Positions 48,817-61,771 of a DNA stretch of 64,000 nucleotides are shown one piece after another; position 1 is the stretch's first letter; each line of letters starts with the position of its first letter. The stretch comes from Pseudogymnoascus verrucosus (lineage: Eukaryota). Both the position numbers and the translations under genes were made by a program. Below the pieces are notes generated by a model. It did no database searches, was not told the DNA's origin, and saw only the letters and a program-made list of their open reading frames with translations. The DNA lies in assembly GCA_001662655.1 (NCBI GenBank), contig KV460208.1; one strand, written 5' to 3'.

Positions 48817-49427
48817 CTACCTATACTTAAGCTCATCTAATACCGGCTTCAGCTCCCGGTACGACTCTCGAAGGCAGTGCTGGAATCCAGTTATCTGTTG
48901 TTAGCATACCTCAAGTGTCGCAGTTAGTGTTCGCACATACAATCAGCCGTCCGATCAAGCGTAATCGCATTCGCCATGCCCCAGAGATGAAGAGTCGCCG
49001 GACTGTTGCCCTGGGTAGCACCCGCCCGTCCGACAAGATCCTGGGGTATTTCAAGTCTCGGGTTGGACGACGATTCTTCGTAATAACTATTTAGCTCTCA
49101 AAATAATTACGACAAGACGGATATACATACTATGAGCGAAATGCCGCGTATCGTGATGGAACTCAAGCGGGATCAGCTCCGGTCTTGCGGAGTGGAACCA
49201 TCGCCTTGTAATGCTCTATCTGCCTGGAAAGGCTGGCTGAACTCGGGGTCGAAATAGACATATGCACTCCCCCGATCTCCGAGCCAGACATCGATCTGGC
49301 GGGTGATGGGCGTTCCTTGGGGGCTCATGGTGATGAGCTGCGCGGTCGCGGTATGGTGGGAGCGTTGGATGGTAGCTTTGCCGAACGATCGAGTGAATAC
49401 ACGTGCTTGAGGTAGAACACGGAACAT
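48817..49427 (-). pseudogene. Three-exon hypothetical gene with mitochondrial-type presequence, apparently frameshifted
   Basis: MFRVLPQARVFTRSF..., shift near 49180 to ELIPLEFHHDTRHFAH, GTATGT introns, then NPRLEIPQDL..PATLHLWG and FQHCLRESYRELKPVLDELK. The last exon is out of phase. Confidence 0.5.
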
Positions 49428-50199
49428 GGCGAGAGTAGATCTGGGATGCTGAACGATTTGAGATTCTCCTGGGAAGTTGAGATGGTATGTTAGTTACGCG
49501 CGCGGGTGACGAAACTTGCGCTGTCCGTGGGTGCAACATTGGGTATCATACCATACTGTAAACGCGAGGAACTAAATGCAAACGCGGAACAAATAGGTCC
49601 TGGTGGAGGTTCGATGCAGAATATGGTGTGGATTAGCGGAAACTCCTATAAGGTGCCATGAGCGAAGTGGCATGACATAGCTACTGTACTCACCGGTCTC
49701 GAGAAGGGACACTGCTTCTCCATTATTATTCGAGAAGGTCTATCCAAGGATCTTCAACCGTGAGTTTCCCATAAACCAAGAAATATCACCTTCCAGATGC
49801 AAATATATTTTCTCCTAACAGCGCACCTGTTGAAATCTCGGGCGTGTGTAAGATCCCCTGGATGGCCAGCCAACTCAGAGCACATAACCAACTTCGTCAC
49901 TTCATGGATATCCCGGCGTAGTATAGACACTTCACAGAATCCGAGGAAGTGAATCTACATCTTGATGATCTTGACGCGAGCAATCCCTTCAAAGATCTCC
50001 GCTTTGCTCATAAAACCTAGAGCCAAAGAGGGTAGTAATGAACACTAACAGGGTTCCCCACGGGGAAGATGCCGGAGGAGGAGTACGCCAGTACGCCACC
50101 ATGCGCCGGACAGATGGGAGGACTTGATTCCCCGCCCCGTCCCAAACGATCGATTGGAACGCCGGCGACGAGCTTGGCTACTGACATTGGCTTAACCAG

Positions 50200-50364
50200 C
50201 CTACGGAGAAGAGGACAACCGACACAAGAGCGGTCTGTGACATAGCTAGTCTCCAGAACAACGCATACGACAAACAACACAAGAGCGATCTGTGAAGTAA
50301 TTAGTCTCTAGAACAGCGCACAAGAAGCTAGACCCGGGAATTCTTGGCCGCTAAACCATCAACA
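50200..50364. repeat. 56-bp duplication in an LTR-like remnant
   Basis: ACACAAGAGCGRTCTGTGA..TAGTCTCYAGAACARCGCA twice; ends ..ATCAACA, but no matching 5' TG or TSD was found. Confidence 0.4.
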
Positions 50365-51078
50365 GATCATCCGGCACCGAGAGAAGGGATTTATTTAGAT
50401 TGAAAAACGCGGGGTAGCATGCTTTTTGGCGTAGGGGGCTTGGAAATTTTGGGCATTGGCCCCTGAGCTGCAGTCCAGTATAGCTTTCGGGTGCTCATGG
50501 CCGCTCGATCGTCATCAGTGTTTGTGGAGTTAAGACACACCGTTTGCGTTGTTTGCATTGTTTGCACTGTTTGCATTGTTTACATTGATGAGAAAATGAT
50601 ATTCCTGAAATTATTATCGAGTAAGAGCTCGGATTAAACCGTTCGTATCTTGTACGTCTTATCCCAATCTGTCGTATCTGTCCGTATCTCCCGTATCTTG
50701 CAAGGGCATGGGATTTCTTATCTTTGGGTTGACAAGAGGTTTATCCTGGGGAGGATCACGGAGGGATACTCGGGGAATTGCTGCTCTATCATTCTCTGTA
50801 TCGGAGATGCCTATCTGTTATCAATCTTTGAGAATCCTTGCCCACTCACCCATATCTGAGCTGTGGAGTAGAGGTGGGTGGGCCATCTCTGGGCCTTTCT
50901 TGGCACCATACCCCCTCCAACGGCTCCATTATTTGGCCTTCAATATGTCTCAAGTTGTAAATCAATCACCCAAAGAAACTGGTAGCAATATGCTCTCAAA
51001 AAAAGTAAATGTCATAAAAAAATGAAGTATTCGCCTGCTATATATATCTTCAAGATAGTCATAAAATCGTTTCACTCC

Positions 51079-52876
51079 CTACACAATCTCCTCCGACGCC
51101 CCGCGCCTCCTAACTCCATCCTCATACATCGCAGCCCCAGCCTTCTCATCCTCCTCGCTATCGCTGTCAGCCAGATGCGGGTTATCAATCGCATCCCCGA
51201 CCTCCAGCCACGTAGCGCTGACTGCCGGCACAGGGCTGATTCGGCACAGCGCATAGTACACTATCGCCGCTACTATGAACCCACAGAAGTAGTTCAGATT
51301 GTATATGTACTGCGCTCCAAGCGGCGCGGACGGCCCTCCCGTCGGCTCGCGAACAGCGCCCACGAAGCCAACGATGTTAATCAAGATCCCAGCAATGTAT
51401 GCCGCATAAGCGCGCCAGTTAAAGCCGTAGGTGAAATAGTATGGTGCTGTCTTCTTGGCCGTGTATAGGTCCTTGATCTGTAGGTAGCCTTTGCGCACGA
51501 TGTAGTAGTCGCAAAGCATGACGCCGGCGATGGAGGAGAGGAAGACGGAGTAGGCGGAGAGGTAGGTGGTGAAGTTGTTGCTGGAGGAGAGGAGGTTCCA
51601 TGGGCACATGGCGAAGCCGACGGCGGCGCAGATGTAGCCGCCGCGACGGATGGTGATGTAGCGTGGTAGGAGGGCCGTCAAGTCGGTTCCAGCGGAGACG
51701 GAGTTGGCGGCGATGTTTGTGCCGAGTTGTGCGAGGGTGAAAGAGGCCGCGATGAAGAAGACACCGGCGCGGTTGCCGTGGCCGCCTTCTTGTAGGAATT
51801 TGGCGAGCAGGTCGAGAGGGTTCCAAATGGCTTCGCCGCCGAAGATGACCACCGAGCACGAGGACACGATGATGCCGATAAACGAAGTGATGCCGAATCC
51901 GACGGGAATGGTGAATAGCTGCGACCAGAAGGCATCCTTTGGCTTGATTGCAAAGCGAGAGAAATCGGGTACGTTGACAATCAGCGCGCTGAAGTTCGCA
52001 ATAGAGGACATGATGCCTTTAATGATTGCCCAAGCAAGTTCGTTGCCGTGGATGACGTTCGGCTTGTTGACAACTGGTCCCAGCCCCTTAGCTCTGACCA
52101 CACCCCAGATGAAGAAGGCAATTCCTGCGACTGGAACGACGAGGGACTTGGCCGTAAACAAATGCCTGATCTGGTGAACGTGTGGGTATAAAGCTGGGAG
52201 CGAGCATAAACAGAAGAGAAAGAAGGAGAGGAAATCCTTCGTGGTAGTTCCGGAGCTGGCGGGCATCGAGTTCGGGAGCTGCTCATATCGAGGCCAAATA
52301 GCTGTAATCATGAGAGTAACACACTGGCCACCTGTAGTTGCGTTAGTTTGTCACGACAAACATATAGATCTGGGAGAATTCATCATACCAATCCATGCCT
52401 GAACACCATACCAGATACAAGCCATTGCAGACCTGTTAAAAACAGGCCAAAGCCCACCCCAGACACCGAAAGAGGCACGACTTGCCACTGGGAATCCGAT
52501 GTGATAAGTAGCACCAATACGTCCTGTTGCAACAACGAACGCACCCGCAATCGAGTAGCCGACCCATACGCAAATCCACGCTTGCCACCACGAGAGTCCA
52601 GCCACAACACTGGAGGAGGCGATCATCCATGTGTTGATGTTGAAGGAGTCGGCAATCCAGAAGCCGACATAATTCCAGGGACCCCATTGCCTCCGAGCAG
52701 GTTCAACTGGAAAGGTTCGTCATGTTGCGGTCTAATATGGAGCGTTCAAGGCTCTTACCAGGCTTCAAATCCTCGTTCGCGAGCATCGTCTGCGCTCTGC
52801 TCAATCCTTCCTCTGTCTCGACGGAAATAAGGTTCAAAATCGCCCTGCCCGACGGCAGTCGCATTTTTGGTGCCAT
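51079..52876 (-). CDS. NCS1 nucleobase:cation symporter (Fur4/Dal4-like uracil/allantoin permease)
   Basis: Exons 52876-52759, 52706-52389 and 52331-51079. Motifs [58 protein letters not shown]. Confidence 0.93.
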
Positions 52877-53879
52877 ATTGATTGTCGAGTTCGTCTCAAT
52901 TGTCTGCTGTAGTTGCAGAAGATCGGATTGAGAGCTCAAAAGTGGTGGCGGCGAGGTAGGTGATATGAAAGATTTCTCGCCACTGAAGACTAGTGGATAA
53001 CACGGAGTATGATGAAGCCTTATCCGAGGCCAGATGATACTCGATACCGAGGGAAGTTTACGGAATCAAGCCTTGGGTGGGTGGATAGGTGAATAGTGGA
53101 TAGAATGGGCAATGGAGCATTTATTGATGGGGACCCGAACGTGGGTATATATATACACGATACCATTCTCCCAAGCCGAACAGGCCGCCCCACGTCGCCG
53201 AGATACTAGATTGATAGAATTGGGACAGCTGAGCACCTGAACGGTGGCTCACAGGCGTACAATTCCACGTCGTCCCTGGCCGGAATCCCTGGGGCCTGCG
53301 AAAATAGTAAGCCCCAAGGGCATCCGGTAAGATCCTTTTTGCGGGATCCTTTTGCGGGGTGATACCCATAGTGATGTCAATGGCCGAAGCTTAGAACCGT
53401 GCAGTGAGCGGCCGGCCACCACATGCGAGCAAAAACTGGGATATTCCTCCAACCGGCGCGCTCGTATGTATGCGATTCTCGGTCGTTGACGATGTACCAG
53501 GCACAATACTGGATCGTTGGTATACGTACCGTATGTGGGGAAGTAGCGAGACCACTGCCGTCGTCGCCCATGTTTATGCCTAGCGCCAGTGTGGTTGTTA
53601 GTTTAGGTTAATTTAGGTTAGAGTGTCTTTAGCGCCGCCTAAGCGTCTCCAGGGGTCGTGCCTACCTACCAGAACCAGATAAGATAACCGTGATAACATG
53701 TGCTCCGAGCGCTGGTTTACTCGATCTCATCGAGTCACACACGCCAAACCCGCCGGTATGGATCAGATAGGTGCGGCTCTGCCAGATAAGGTAGAATAAG
53801 AGTAGGGTTGACTGTCAGTGAAGCACGTGAGTGTGGGACGACTCTTTGCCGTCCGGTATGGCATTTTCTGGGGCGGTTT

Positions 53880-54435
53880 GCGTGGTGTTGTTCGGCTTCA
53901 GAGAGTTGTCAGGGCCGGTTGTTGGTGGGTTTGTGCGCGATGTCGGCGTCGGACGGGAGAGTGTTTGCCGCCACGACAGGCTATTGTTCGGGTGGTATCC
54001 TTTGCTGTTGTTCGGAGTCAGACTAGATTCACGACCAGATTCATGTCGTTTGTTCGGCATCAAAGACAGGACAGTTTGCTGCTATGGCAGGCCATTGTTC
54101 ACAGTTCGCAGTCATATCCTTTGTTTCCACTGAACGTCATTGTTCGGCGTCGGGTCCCTGTTGTCGTTGCATGCCATTGTTCATTGCCAGGCCGTTTGCT
54201 GTCGTTGTCTGCCATTGTTCAGCGTCAAAGAAGTGGCAGTTTGCTGCCTCTGGACGTCATTCTTCAGCGTCAGGTCCTTTGCTGTCGCTGGGTGCCATTG
54301 TTCGAAGTCAGGCCTTTTCCTGGCAGTTTCACGTCATTGTCCAATGTGAGCCCTTTTCCCGCCAGCTGTCATCCATCATTGTTCAGTGCCAGATCCCTTG
54401 CCGCCAGTTGTCCATTATTACCCAGTGCCAGATCC
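53880..54435. repeat. Array of about 12-13 degenerate RYCATTGTTCRGYGTCAG motifs, mostly 37-45 bp apart
   Basis: Cores near 54091, 54136, 54173, 54211, 54256, 54294, 54333, 54375 and 54415; looser copies near 53885, 53981, 54005 and 54047. Confidence 0.65.
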
Positions 54436-54490
54436 TTTGCGGTCGCATGTGCACGAAGCCTCGCCACCACGTCTTTGTCGACATTTTGCA

Positions 54491-54646
54491 CATCTCATGC
54501 CCACTGCCACTGAGAGTCGCGCACAATACGTGTGCTCCGTTGAGAATTTCTTGCTGTATGCGTCGACGATTGATTTCGTTATCACGAGCAACGGTATTGC
54601 CGTTATCCTTGTCCTCGTCGATCTTGGCACCGATCCTCGTCTGGTT
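54491..54646 (-). pseudogene. SEN1: Isolated 52-aa fragment of a Sen1-like SF1 helicase
   Basis: NQTRIGAKIDEDKDNGNTVARDNEINRRRIQQEILNGAHVLCATLSGSGHEM; flanks are unrelated to a helicase. Confidence 0.75.
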
Positions 54647-55488
54647 GCACTTTTTCCCCAACGAAGCCGGTAGTGCTGAAACAAAGCGACAGGAGATTCC
54701 ATAAAGAAAATCCATGCCCACCGCCAGTATAATGCCTTTCTGCATCGAAGTGATGGGAGATTTCATAAAGAAAGTTCATGCCGAGTGCCAATAAAATGCC
54801 TTTCTGCATCGTCGACAAACTTTCAATGAAAGCAACGGCTACTCTGCCCGCCGCAGCTCCTTTTTCGACCAGACCACACGTATAATTGAAGCCAACCGAC
54901 ATATGGGCCAGTCCAGAAGCTCTGCAGAATGGACCGTGGGCAAATCGAAATAAAGCGACGGGACAAGCAACTCAATAGATGTCTTTGTCCATGTCCAGTG
55001 CTGTCCACCCACAATGGATTCCGTGCCTGTGAGCCAATCCAGAGCCATACGGGACGGACCGCTGGTGAATTGAAAGAGAATGGCCGGACAAGCATATGAA
55101 TGGATGTCTTTATCCATATCGTGTTGTTCGTCTGGGAGAGGTTTCGTATGTGAATCTCATCTGAACAGCATCGTTGTTTGTTCATGAGAAATCCACCCTT
55201 CCCTTCCAACATCTGTTGCAATGAGGATTCTTCTAATAAAGACCTGATGGGTATATGATCCATCTCTTCTCCTTCCATCATCCTCTCTTTTCTTCCTACC
55301 ATAACGTTCTTCTCCTGTCACCGCGGTATTCATTGCTTCTCGCTCTGTCATCATCGCAGAGGTAGGTCGGTATCTGTGATACTCCCTTGGACTCACTGAA
55401 TCAGTATTCAATCCAATCCTGATTCTCTCGTTCATTTCATTCAAGTTCATATCACCACTCTGTTGCTCTGTGAGCTCGGTTTCACACG

Positions 55489-55931
55489 ATGTGCAACCTC
55501 GACGATACCTACTACTCCACCTGCACCCATTTCGGTCCGCGGATCGTCACCTCCCACTGCGCACGGGGCCTGACTCACAATGGCTGCGCCAAAACTGGGT
55601 GCTGGGGCAGTGAAGTCACTGGCATCTCGCGAGTCGTCTCACTTTGTCCGAGCTGCAAGATCAGGACACGGAGCGAATCCAGTCACTCCAGGGATCTTCA
55701 GCCAGAGGGTGGGCGTCCGGAGAGTCAGATCGACAACGATGACATTGGAGTAAGAACCGAGGCAAGCAAGGGGCACGGCAAAGACAGAGGGATCTGGTTG
55801 AGGAGGCTTGGGACGATTTGGGATCGCGCAGAAGACAGGTGAGTTGATCGGTGAGGGGTGTTTGGAGAAAAGCAGAAAACTAACGAAAACGCAGCTGGGT
55901 TCGATGGCTCACAATGCATTTTGCGAAGTGA
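55489..55931 (+). CDS. Small Cys/His-rich hypothetical protein
   Basis: MC..Y..C.H...C...C...CPSC pattern; intron 55839-55894 (GTGAGT..CTAAC..CAG). Confidence 0.55.
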
Positions 55932-57102
55932 GGAAGCAGGCGATGCTGTTTGGCGCTTCGAGGATTGGCGTTTGGAGGATTGGAGGATTGGAGTATTGGC
56001 GCTTGGGGGGTTGGCAGTGGAATTCGGGTGCTCGTGGATATGAGGAATGCAGCTTGTTGAGCGACGCTGCCTTGGAGTTGGCGGGCTGCTTGAATGCGGC
56101 AGGATCATAAGATATGATATCGATATCAAGTGCTATGCACGTAAGTAACAATGAATGAAGGCGCTGGCCGTCTTGTTGCCTCTCAAATCGTAAATTGTGG
56201 ACCATGGTGTAATATATGTGTGATGGCCTGTCTTTATAACAAAACCCCCGTGATTGTAGCGACTTCGCATAACCCCCTGAACACCTTCCTGCCTCACGGG
56301 TAGGAAGAATAAAACAAGAATCCAATACAGGCCAAAAAAAATGAAAAAAAAGGCCAAAAGAAGAACTGTACACACGTGAATGCGTACAGAGTAAGAACCC
56401 TCCTCACTGATGCCGCTTCCTTACTTTTAGGGAATTTACAAGGGGCGACCGATTTGAGGCTCGAACCCGGAGGCTCGAGTTCAGAATCGGAAGCACTATC
56501 ATTGATGAAACAGAGCACTTCCCATACACTTAATGGGCTTTTTGGCACTTATATACCCTCCACAGTCCGCGTTTGTACTGTGGACTGGGAAAGCAGTGGG
56601 AATCATCACAGCCACAGAGAAACAGGCGAAAGAGCTGGGCACTTCGGCGAACAACGTAAGAAAATAACTTAGCCTTTGCCCACAACTTTGTTTGTAAATT
56701 CAATACAAAGAATAATCTCATTATCAAATAACCATTGATTATCTAAAGGGGCATCCACTGCCGTCATCAAAGGTTAATATCACGGCCGGGAAGAACCTAT
56801 ATCCGCAAGGGTCAATGTCTAGCCGACACCAGGGACCCATAACCCTGCAAGCCCGATAAAGTGATGCCTTGTTATCTCCTCCTCGCATTCTGGGCAATGC
56901 TTAATTAAACAACTCTTGTTGGGACTAAATGGACAGGAGTCCTCGTCATATACAGGCGCGCTACAGATTGAAGCCGCCGCAGCTTCCATTCGCCCATTGC
57001 TGCAACATTGGCTCCACAGCTTGCCCCACGCGCCTGGGACGGCGATAGAGAAGTGTCTTGGGAAGTTGGCAGCCGGCACGGTGTGCCTTGATACCTTCCA
57101 AT

Positions 57103-59319
57103 ATGGCTATTCGATGGCGCTCCCAGAGCGTCGTATTAGCTGTTCTCGTCACATTTATATTCTTTTTTGTGTTACGGAACGACAGATTGCGAGGGGCCTC
57201 GATCAACCCTGATCATGGGAGTCCCGGAGGAACACCCGTCGAGGCCCAGTTCGATGAGAAGATGGAAGGAGAATTCATGAAGGAGCTTGATATATTTTAT
57301 GGAGAGGTTCGGAAGTAAGCATCTATATATATGGACTCAATCCTGTGCGCGAAACTAATTACGTCGGCACCAGGTCCAGAACCCCAGGAGCAATTTATAC
57401 CCCGACCCTGAAGAACCTCGAAACAAACGCTACGATTATGGACCAAATAAGATACCCTAATGCATTAAGCCCTCCAGCGATCGAGGCGCCATATAGCCCT
57501 ATACCGCCCAAATCATACTCTCCCCAATATGAGATCCAAGACAAGAATCAATGGGCAGTCAGTCACCCCGCCAAATTCACGAAGTGCGGAAGCCCCTGGA
57601 GCAATTTTGGTATATCAGACAATATCCAAACCTTTGCAGGCAATCCCAAGGGATTCCCGTCCCCGGGGTTTGGAGACCGCGACGCCCTGGACTGGGAGAA
57701 ATATACGTGCTTTGACAGGCAGGGGAGGTTCGGTCGATATGGCTACATAGAAGGGAAAGGGGAATCGGAGATCAAGCCAGCGATTAACTGGGAAATTGTT
57801 AATTGGGGGGCGCTTCAAGATCACTGTCTTTACAAGAATGTTGAGCGATTCCCAATGCCCCGTACCGAACCTGGACAGAACCTCAAAGGGTTGGGTTGGA
57901 TGTCGCCAATGGACCGTTCGCATATGAAGCGAAGCATTCAGCCGAGACAGGATCCTTCGAAAGGGGAGACTCCACGACCAGACCCTAATAGGGTGCCTCC
58001 ACCACCAGTGGCAAACAGAACTGCTATCCTTATCCGCGCCCGCTATGACACTGTCTACAGGGAGAATGATGTGCTCAATATTCGTGCATTAATCAACGAG
58101 CTCTCCTTCAAGACTGGAGGCGAGTACCAGGTTTACCTCTTAGTCGAAGTCGAAGACTGCGACGACGCAACATGGACAGACAAAAGCCTTTATGACGCCG
58201 TAGTCGCCAAATCCGTCCCATCCGAATTCAGCGAAATGGCACACATCTACACCGAGCGCCTTCTTCGCTCCTGGTACCCCGCCATGCCCTCCAAGGCCGA
58301 TGTCGGTGGGCCTGTCCTCGAGAAACTCGAATGGCTCCCCATCCAGCGCTTTGCGCATCTCAATCCCTCATATGCCTATTTCTGGAACTGGGACCTCAAT
58401 GTGCGCTTCACGGGGCATTACTACGACCTCGCAAAGTCCCTTCCGCGCTTTGCACAGCGCCAGCCCCGTAAGTGTCTCTGGGAGCGCAACGAGCGCCTCG
58501 CTACGACCTCACTCGACGGACCCTACGAGACTGTCTTCCGCGATAAAGTCGAAAAAGAATCCGACCCCGAGGCAATCATCTGGGACGTCCCCGTCGTCCC
58601 GGAGTTTACGCAGCAAGGCCCTAGACGGCCACCAGCTGAGGAGGCTAAGAATGAGCATTTCATGTGGGGACTGGGCGAGAAAGCGGATCTCATCACGCTG
58701 TTCCCGATCTTCAATCCGGTGGGCACGACGTGGAGTGGTCGCAATGATGTTTGGGGTTATAAACATGGCAAGAACTTGGCGCGGCGTGCGACGTCTGGGA
58801 CATTCGGCATAGCGTCAAAGAGACTCCTTGACCTTATGCAGAAGGAATCTCTTGAGGGGCGCTTCCTAAATGCTGAGATGGCTGCACCGACGGTGGCGCT
58901 GCTGCATGGTCTGAAAGCCGTATATGCACCTCAGCCGATTTGGTTTGAGCATGCGTGGATCGGTGAGGGATTACGGAGATACTTCAATTCAGGCCCGAGG
59001 AAGGAGGTGGGAAGTAGCCAGAGGAGTTTATACGGTAGTGGGAAGAGGGGCATGCTTTGGGAGGGAAGCACTTTTGATACCAACTCTAAAGCAGCGGCTA
59101 AGATGTGGGATAAGTGGATGGGGGTGGGGGAGGGTGCGGCTGAGGTACGTTCTTGATCAGTTTCCTTTCGGCATGCAATGGCTAACTCCGTGCTTTTAGT
59201 TCGAGAAAAAGAACGGTCGCATGTGCCTGCCGCCCATGCTACTCTTTCCAGTCCAGGACAAATCGCCCGTCGTGTGGAAGTATTCGCCACCGACTGGCGC
59301 TGAAATTGCGAAGAATTAA
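57103..59319 (+). CDS. DUF3405-family type II membrane protein
   Basis: Exons 57103-57314, 57374-59144 and 59200-59319. N-terminal TM; CFDRQGRFGRYGY, NWGALQDHC, RTAILIR, IRALINELS..GGEYQVYLL, YFWNWDLNVRFTGH, WERNER, LLHGLKAVYAP, RMCLPPMLL. Confidence 0.88.
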
Positions 59320-59776
59320 CCAGATCCGGACGACTGTTGGAGCTTTTCATGTATATAATTATTTATCTGGTTTTGACAGTGTCCGGCATGTGCTGTGTAG
59401 ATATACGAGTTCATTGGATAACGGCGTTTGGGAGGGATGGGTTCTAGATTCTCATAGAGAGGGGGCGGCATGTTGGGCGTGGGGGAACTTCTGTGGTGTG
59501 TTTGGCAGTTATGGATCTCGAGTCATGGAGATAGCCACAATCTTGGGGTAAAGTGGAACATGTAACAGCACGACAACAAGACATTATGAATGACACCTTT
59601 CAATATCTATTAATGATCGTCCTGTGACATCATTGAGTTAACAACTCACCGCTACAAACGAATCTCTCCCTCCAATTCCAACTCTCGTTGGGTGCGAAGA
59701 TGAGGGGTATTGTGGGGAAATACGCTAATCCCCGCACCCCACACCCCGCAATAATGTCAAAAGGGGGAAGGCTTGG

Positions 59777-59932
59777 TAGACTGTCGCCCAGTATGTAGAT
59801 CTGGGTATCACCTTCTCAGCGTGGGGGTAATGATAGACAGTCGCCCAGTATGTAGAACTGGGTATCACCTTCTCAGCGTGGGGTAATGATAGACAGTCGC
59901 CCAGTATAAAGATCTCGATATGACCTTCTCAG
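59777..59932 (+). repeat. 56-57 bp tandem repeat (about 2.7 copies) in the MFS promoter
   Basis: TAGACWGTCGCCCAGTATGTAGAWCTGGGTATCACCTTCTCAGCGTGGGG(G)TAATGA; the third copy has TATAAA. Confidence 0.85.
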
Positions 59933-60010
59933 CACCATCCTGTTGCCTCCCGGGGTATCAACTTATCAACTCTCGCCTTTAAGTACTCGGGATTCATTAA
60001 AAACACACCA

Positions 60011-61771
60011 ATGGCACCAATCGACGCTGCAAAGGTTCAGGAGCAGGCTCCGCCTGTGGGAGACAGGAAGACAGATTCAAGCCATTTGGAAAATGTGGAA
60101 ACCGGTGTCAAGTTGACTCAGTTTGACGGAGAGCGGGTGATTGTCACAGAGCAAGATGTAAGTCCATTATCTACACGAGATAGAAGTGATTTCTCCTACT
60201 AATATCCATCAACAGAACAGAATTATCCTTCGCAAAACAGACAAGACAATCTTGATAATACTCGTCTGGGTCTACTTCCTCCAAGTTAGCATTATGCTCT
60301 TCCTTATTTCTTCCCTACAGCCCACTGACTTAACCTAGATCCTCGACAAATCAGTCCTCGGATATGCCTCCCTCTTCGGTCTCCAAAAAGACACCGGGCT
60401 GAAAGGCTCAGAATACTCCATGGTCGGCTCCATATCTCCCATTGCGCAACTAGTCTGGCTCCCCTTCACCTCTGCCGTAATTGTCAAGGTGCCCCATCGC
60501 ATCCTGATGCCCGTCCTCATCCTCGGTTGGGGGCTCGCACAAACCTGTATGGCTGCATCGCACAGTTACGCCGGACTCGTCACCACCCGGTTCTTCCTCG
60601 GCCTATTCGAAGCTGCGTGCCTGCCTCTTTTCGGCGTCATTACCGGCCAGTGGTACCGTCGTGCTGAGCAGCCCGTCCGCATCGCAGCCTGGTATGGAAC
60701 CAACGGCATCGCAACGATCGTTGCAGCAGGCCTTTCCTTCGGTCTAGCCCATATTCCCAGCAGCACCCTCAAGTCATGGCAGATGTAAGCCTTACCCCCT
60801 CCAATCCCCGCATCCAACAAACGCACAGTTACTAACCTATCACCAGCATCTTCCTCTTCGTCGGCCTCATCACCGTCGTCACCGCCCCCTTCGTCTACTG
60901 GAAACTCGAAAACGACGTCGAAACCGCCCGCTTCCTCACCGACCACCAGCGCGCCCAAGCCATCGAGCGTCTCCGCGCGAACAACACCGGTATCGGTTCC
61001 CGCGAATTCAACTGGAGCCAAGTCATCGAGGTCTTCCTCGACCCGAAAACATACCTTTGGTTCGCGCTATCGCTCCTCCTCAATGTCGGAGCAGCAGTGA
61101 CGAACGTCTTCGGACCGCTTATCCTCAGTGGACTGGGGATGGATAAATCTATCACTTCGCTCCTTAACATGCCCTTCGGCGCGGTGCAATTCCTCGTTAT
61201 CCTAGTATCGAGTTACGCTGCTCAGAAGGCGAAGCTAAAGGGCGCTGTTCTGCTCGTCCTCATGCTCCCCGTCGTCGCCGGGTTGGCAGTCCTCTACTCC
61301 CTCCCCCGCAACAGCGCCAACCTTGCCCCCAACCTCGTAGCATACTATCTCCTTGCCTTCCTCTTCGGCGGGAACCCCCTCCTCGTCACCTGGATCATCG
61401 GGAACACCGCCGGGACAACCAAGAAGACTGTTATCATGGTGATCTACAACATCGGCAGCTCAGCTGGTAACATCATCGGTCCGCTCTTGTTCACCACAGC
61501 GGATGCACCGAGCTACCTCCCTGGGCTGCGCGCGGTCTTGGGCTTGTTCTGCGCGATGGTTGTGGCGATCTTGGCGCAGTGGTTTTTGCTGTTTACGATG
61601 AATAAGAGCCAGGAGAGGAAGAGGGTTGCGAATGGGAAGCCGGCGAAGCTTACGGATAGGTCTATGATGGATCATTATGAGGCGCAGGATGATATGGATT
61701 ACGGAAATGGCGATGCGGCGTTGTATGATCTTACGGATCGTAAGAATGATGAGTTTGTGTATATTTACTAA
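60011..61771 (+). CDS. MFS transporter, allantoate permease (Dal5-like) family
   Basis: Exons 60011-60157, 60216-60284, 60339-60784 and 60847-61771. Motifs LQILDKS, RFFLGLFEA, WYRRAEQP, NTAGTTKK, GNIIGP, DLTDRKNDEFVYIY. Confidence 0.93.

Noticed and set aside
50640..50830. Cluster of CGTATCT/TATC motifs as a MITE or GATA enhancer
   Set aside because: No terminal inverted repeats; it lies downstream of the permease with no clear target gene.
53880..54435. CRISPR array
   Set aside because: Eukaryotic DNA, degenerate repeats, spacers resemble one another, no cas genes.
56440..56510. tRNA-Gln-like sequence on the minus strand (TTCTGAA loop, GGTTCGAG)
   Set aside because: T-stem, anticodon stem and acceptor stem do not pair.
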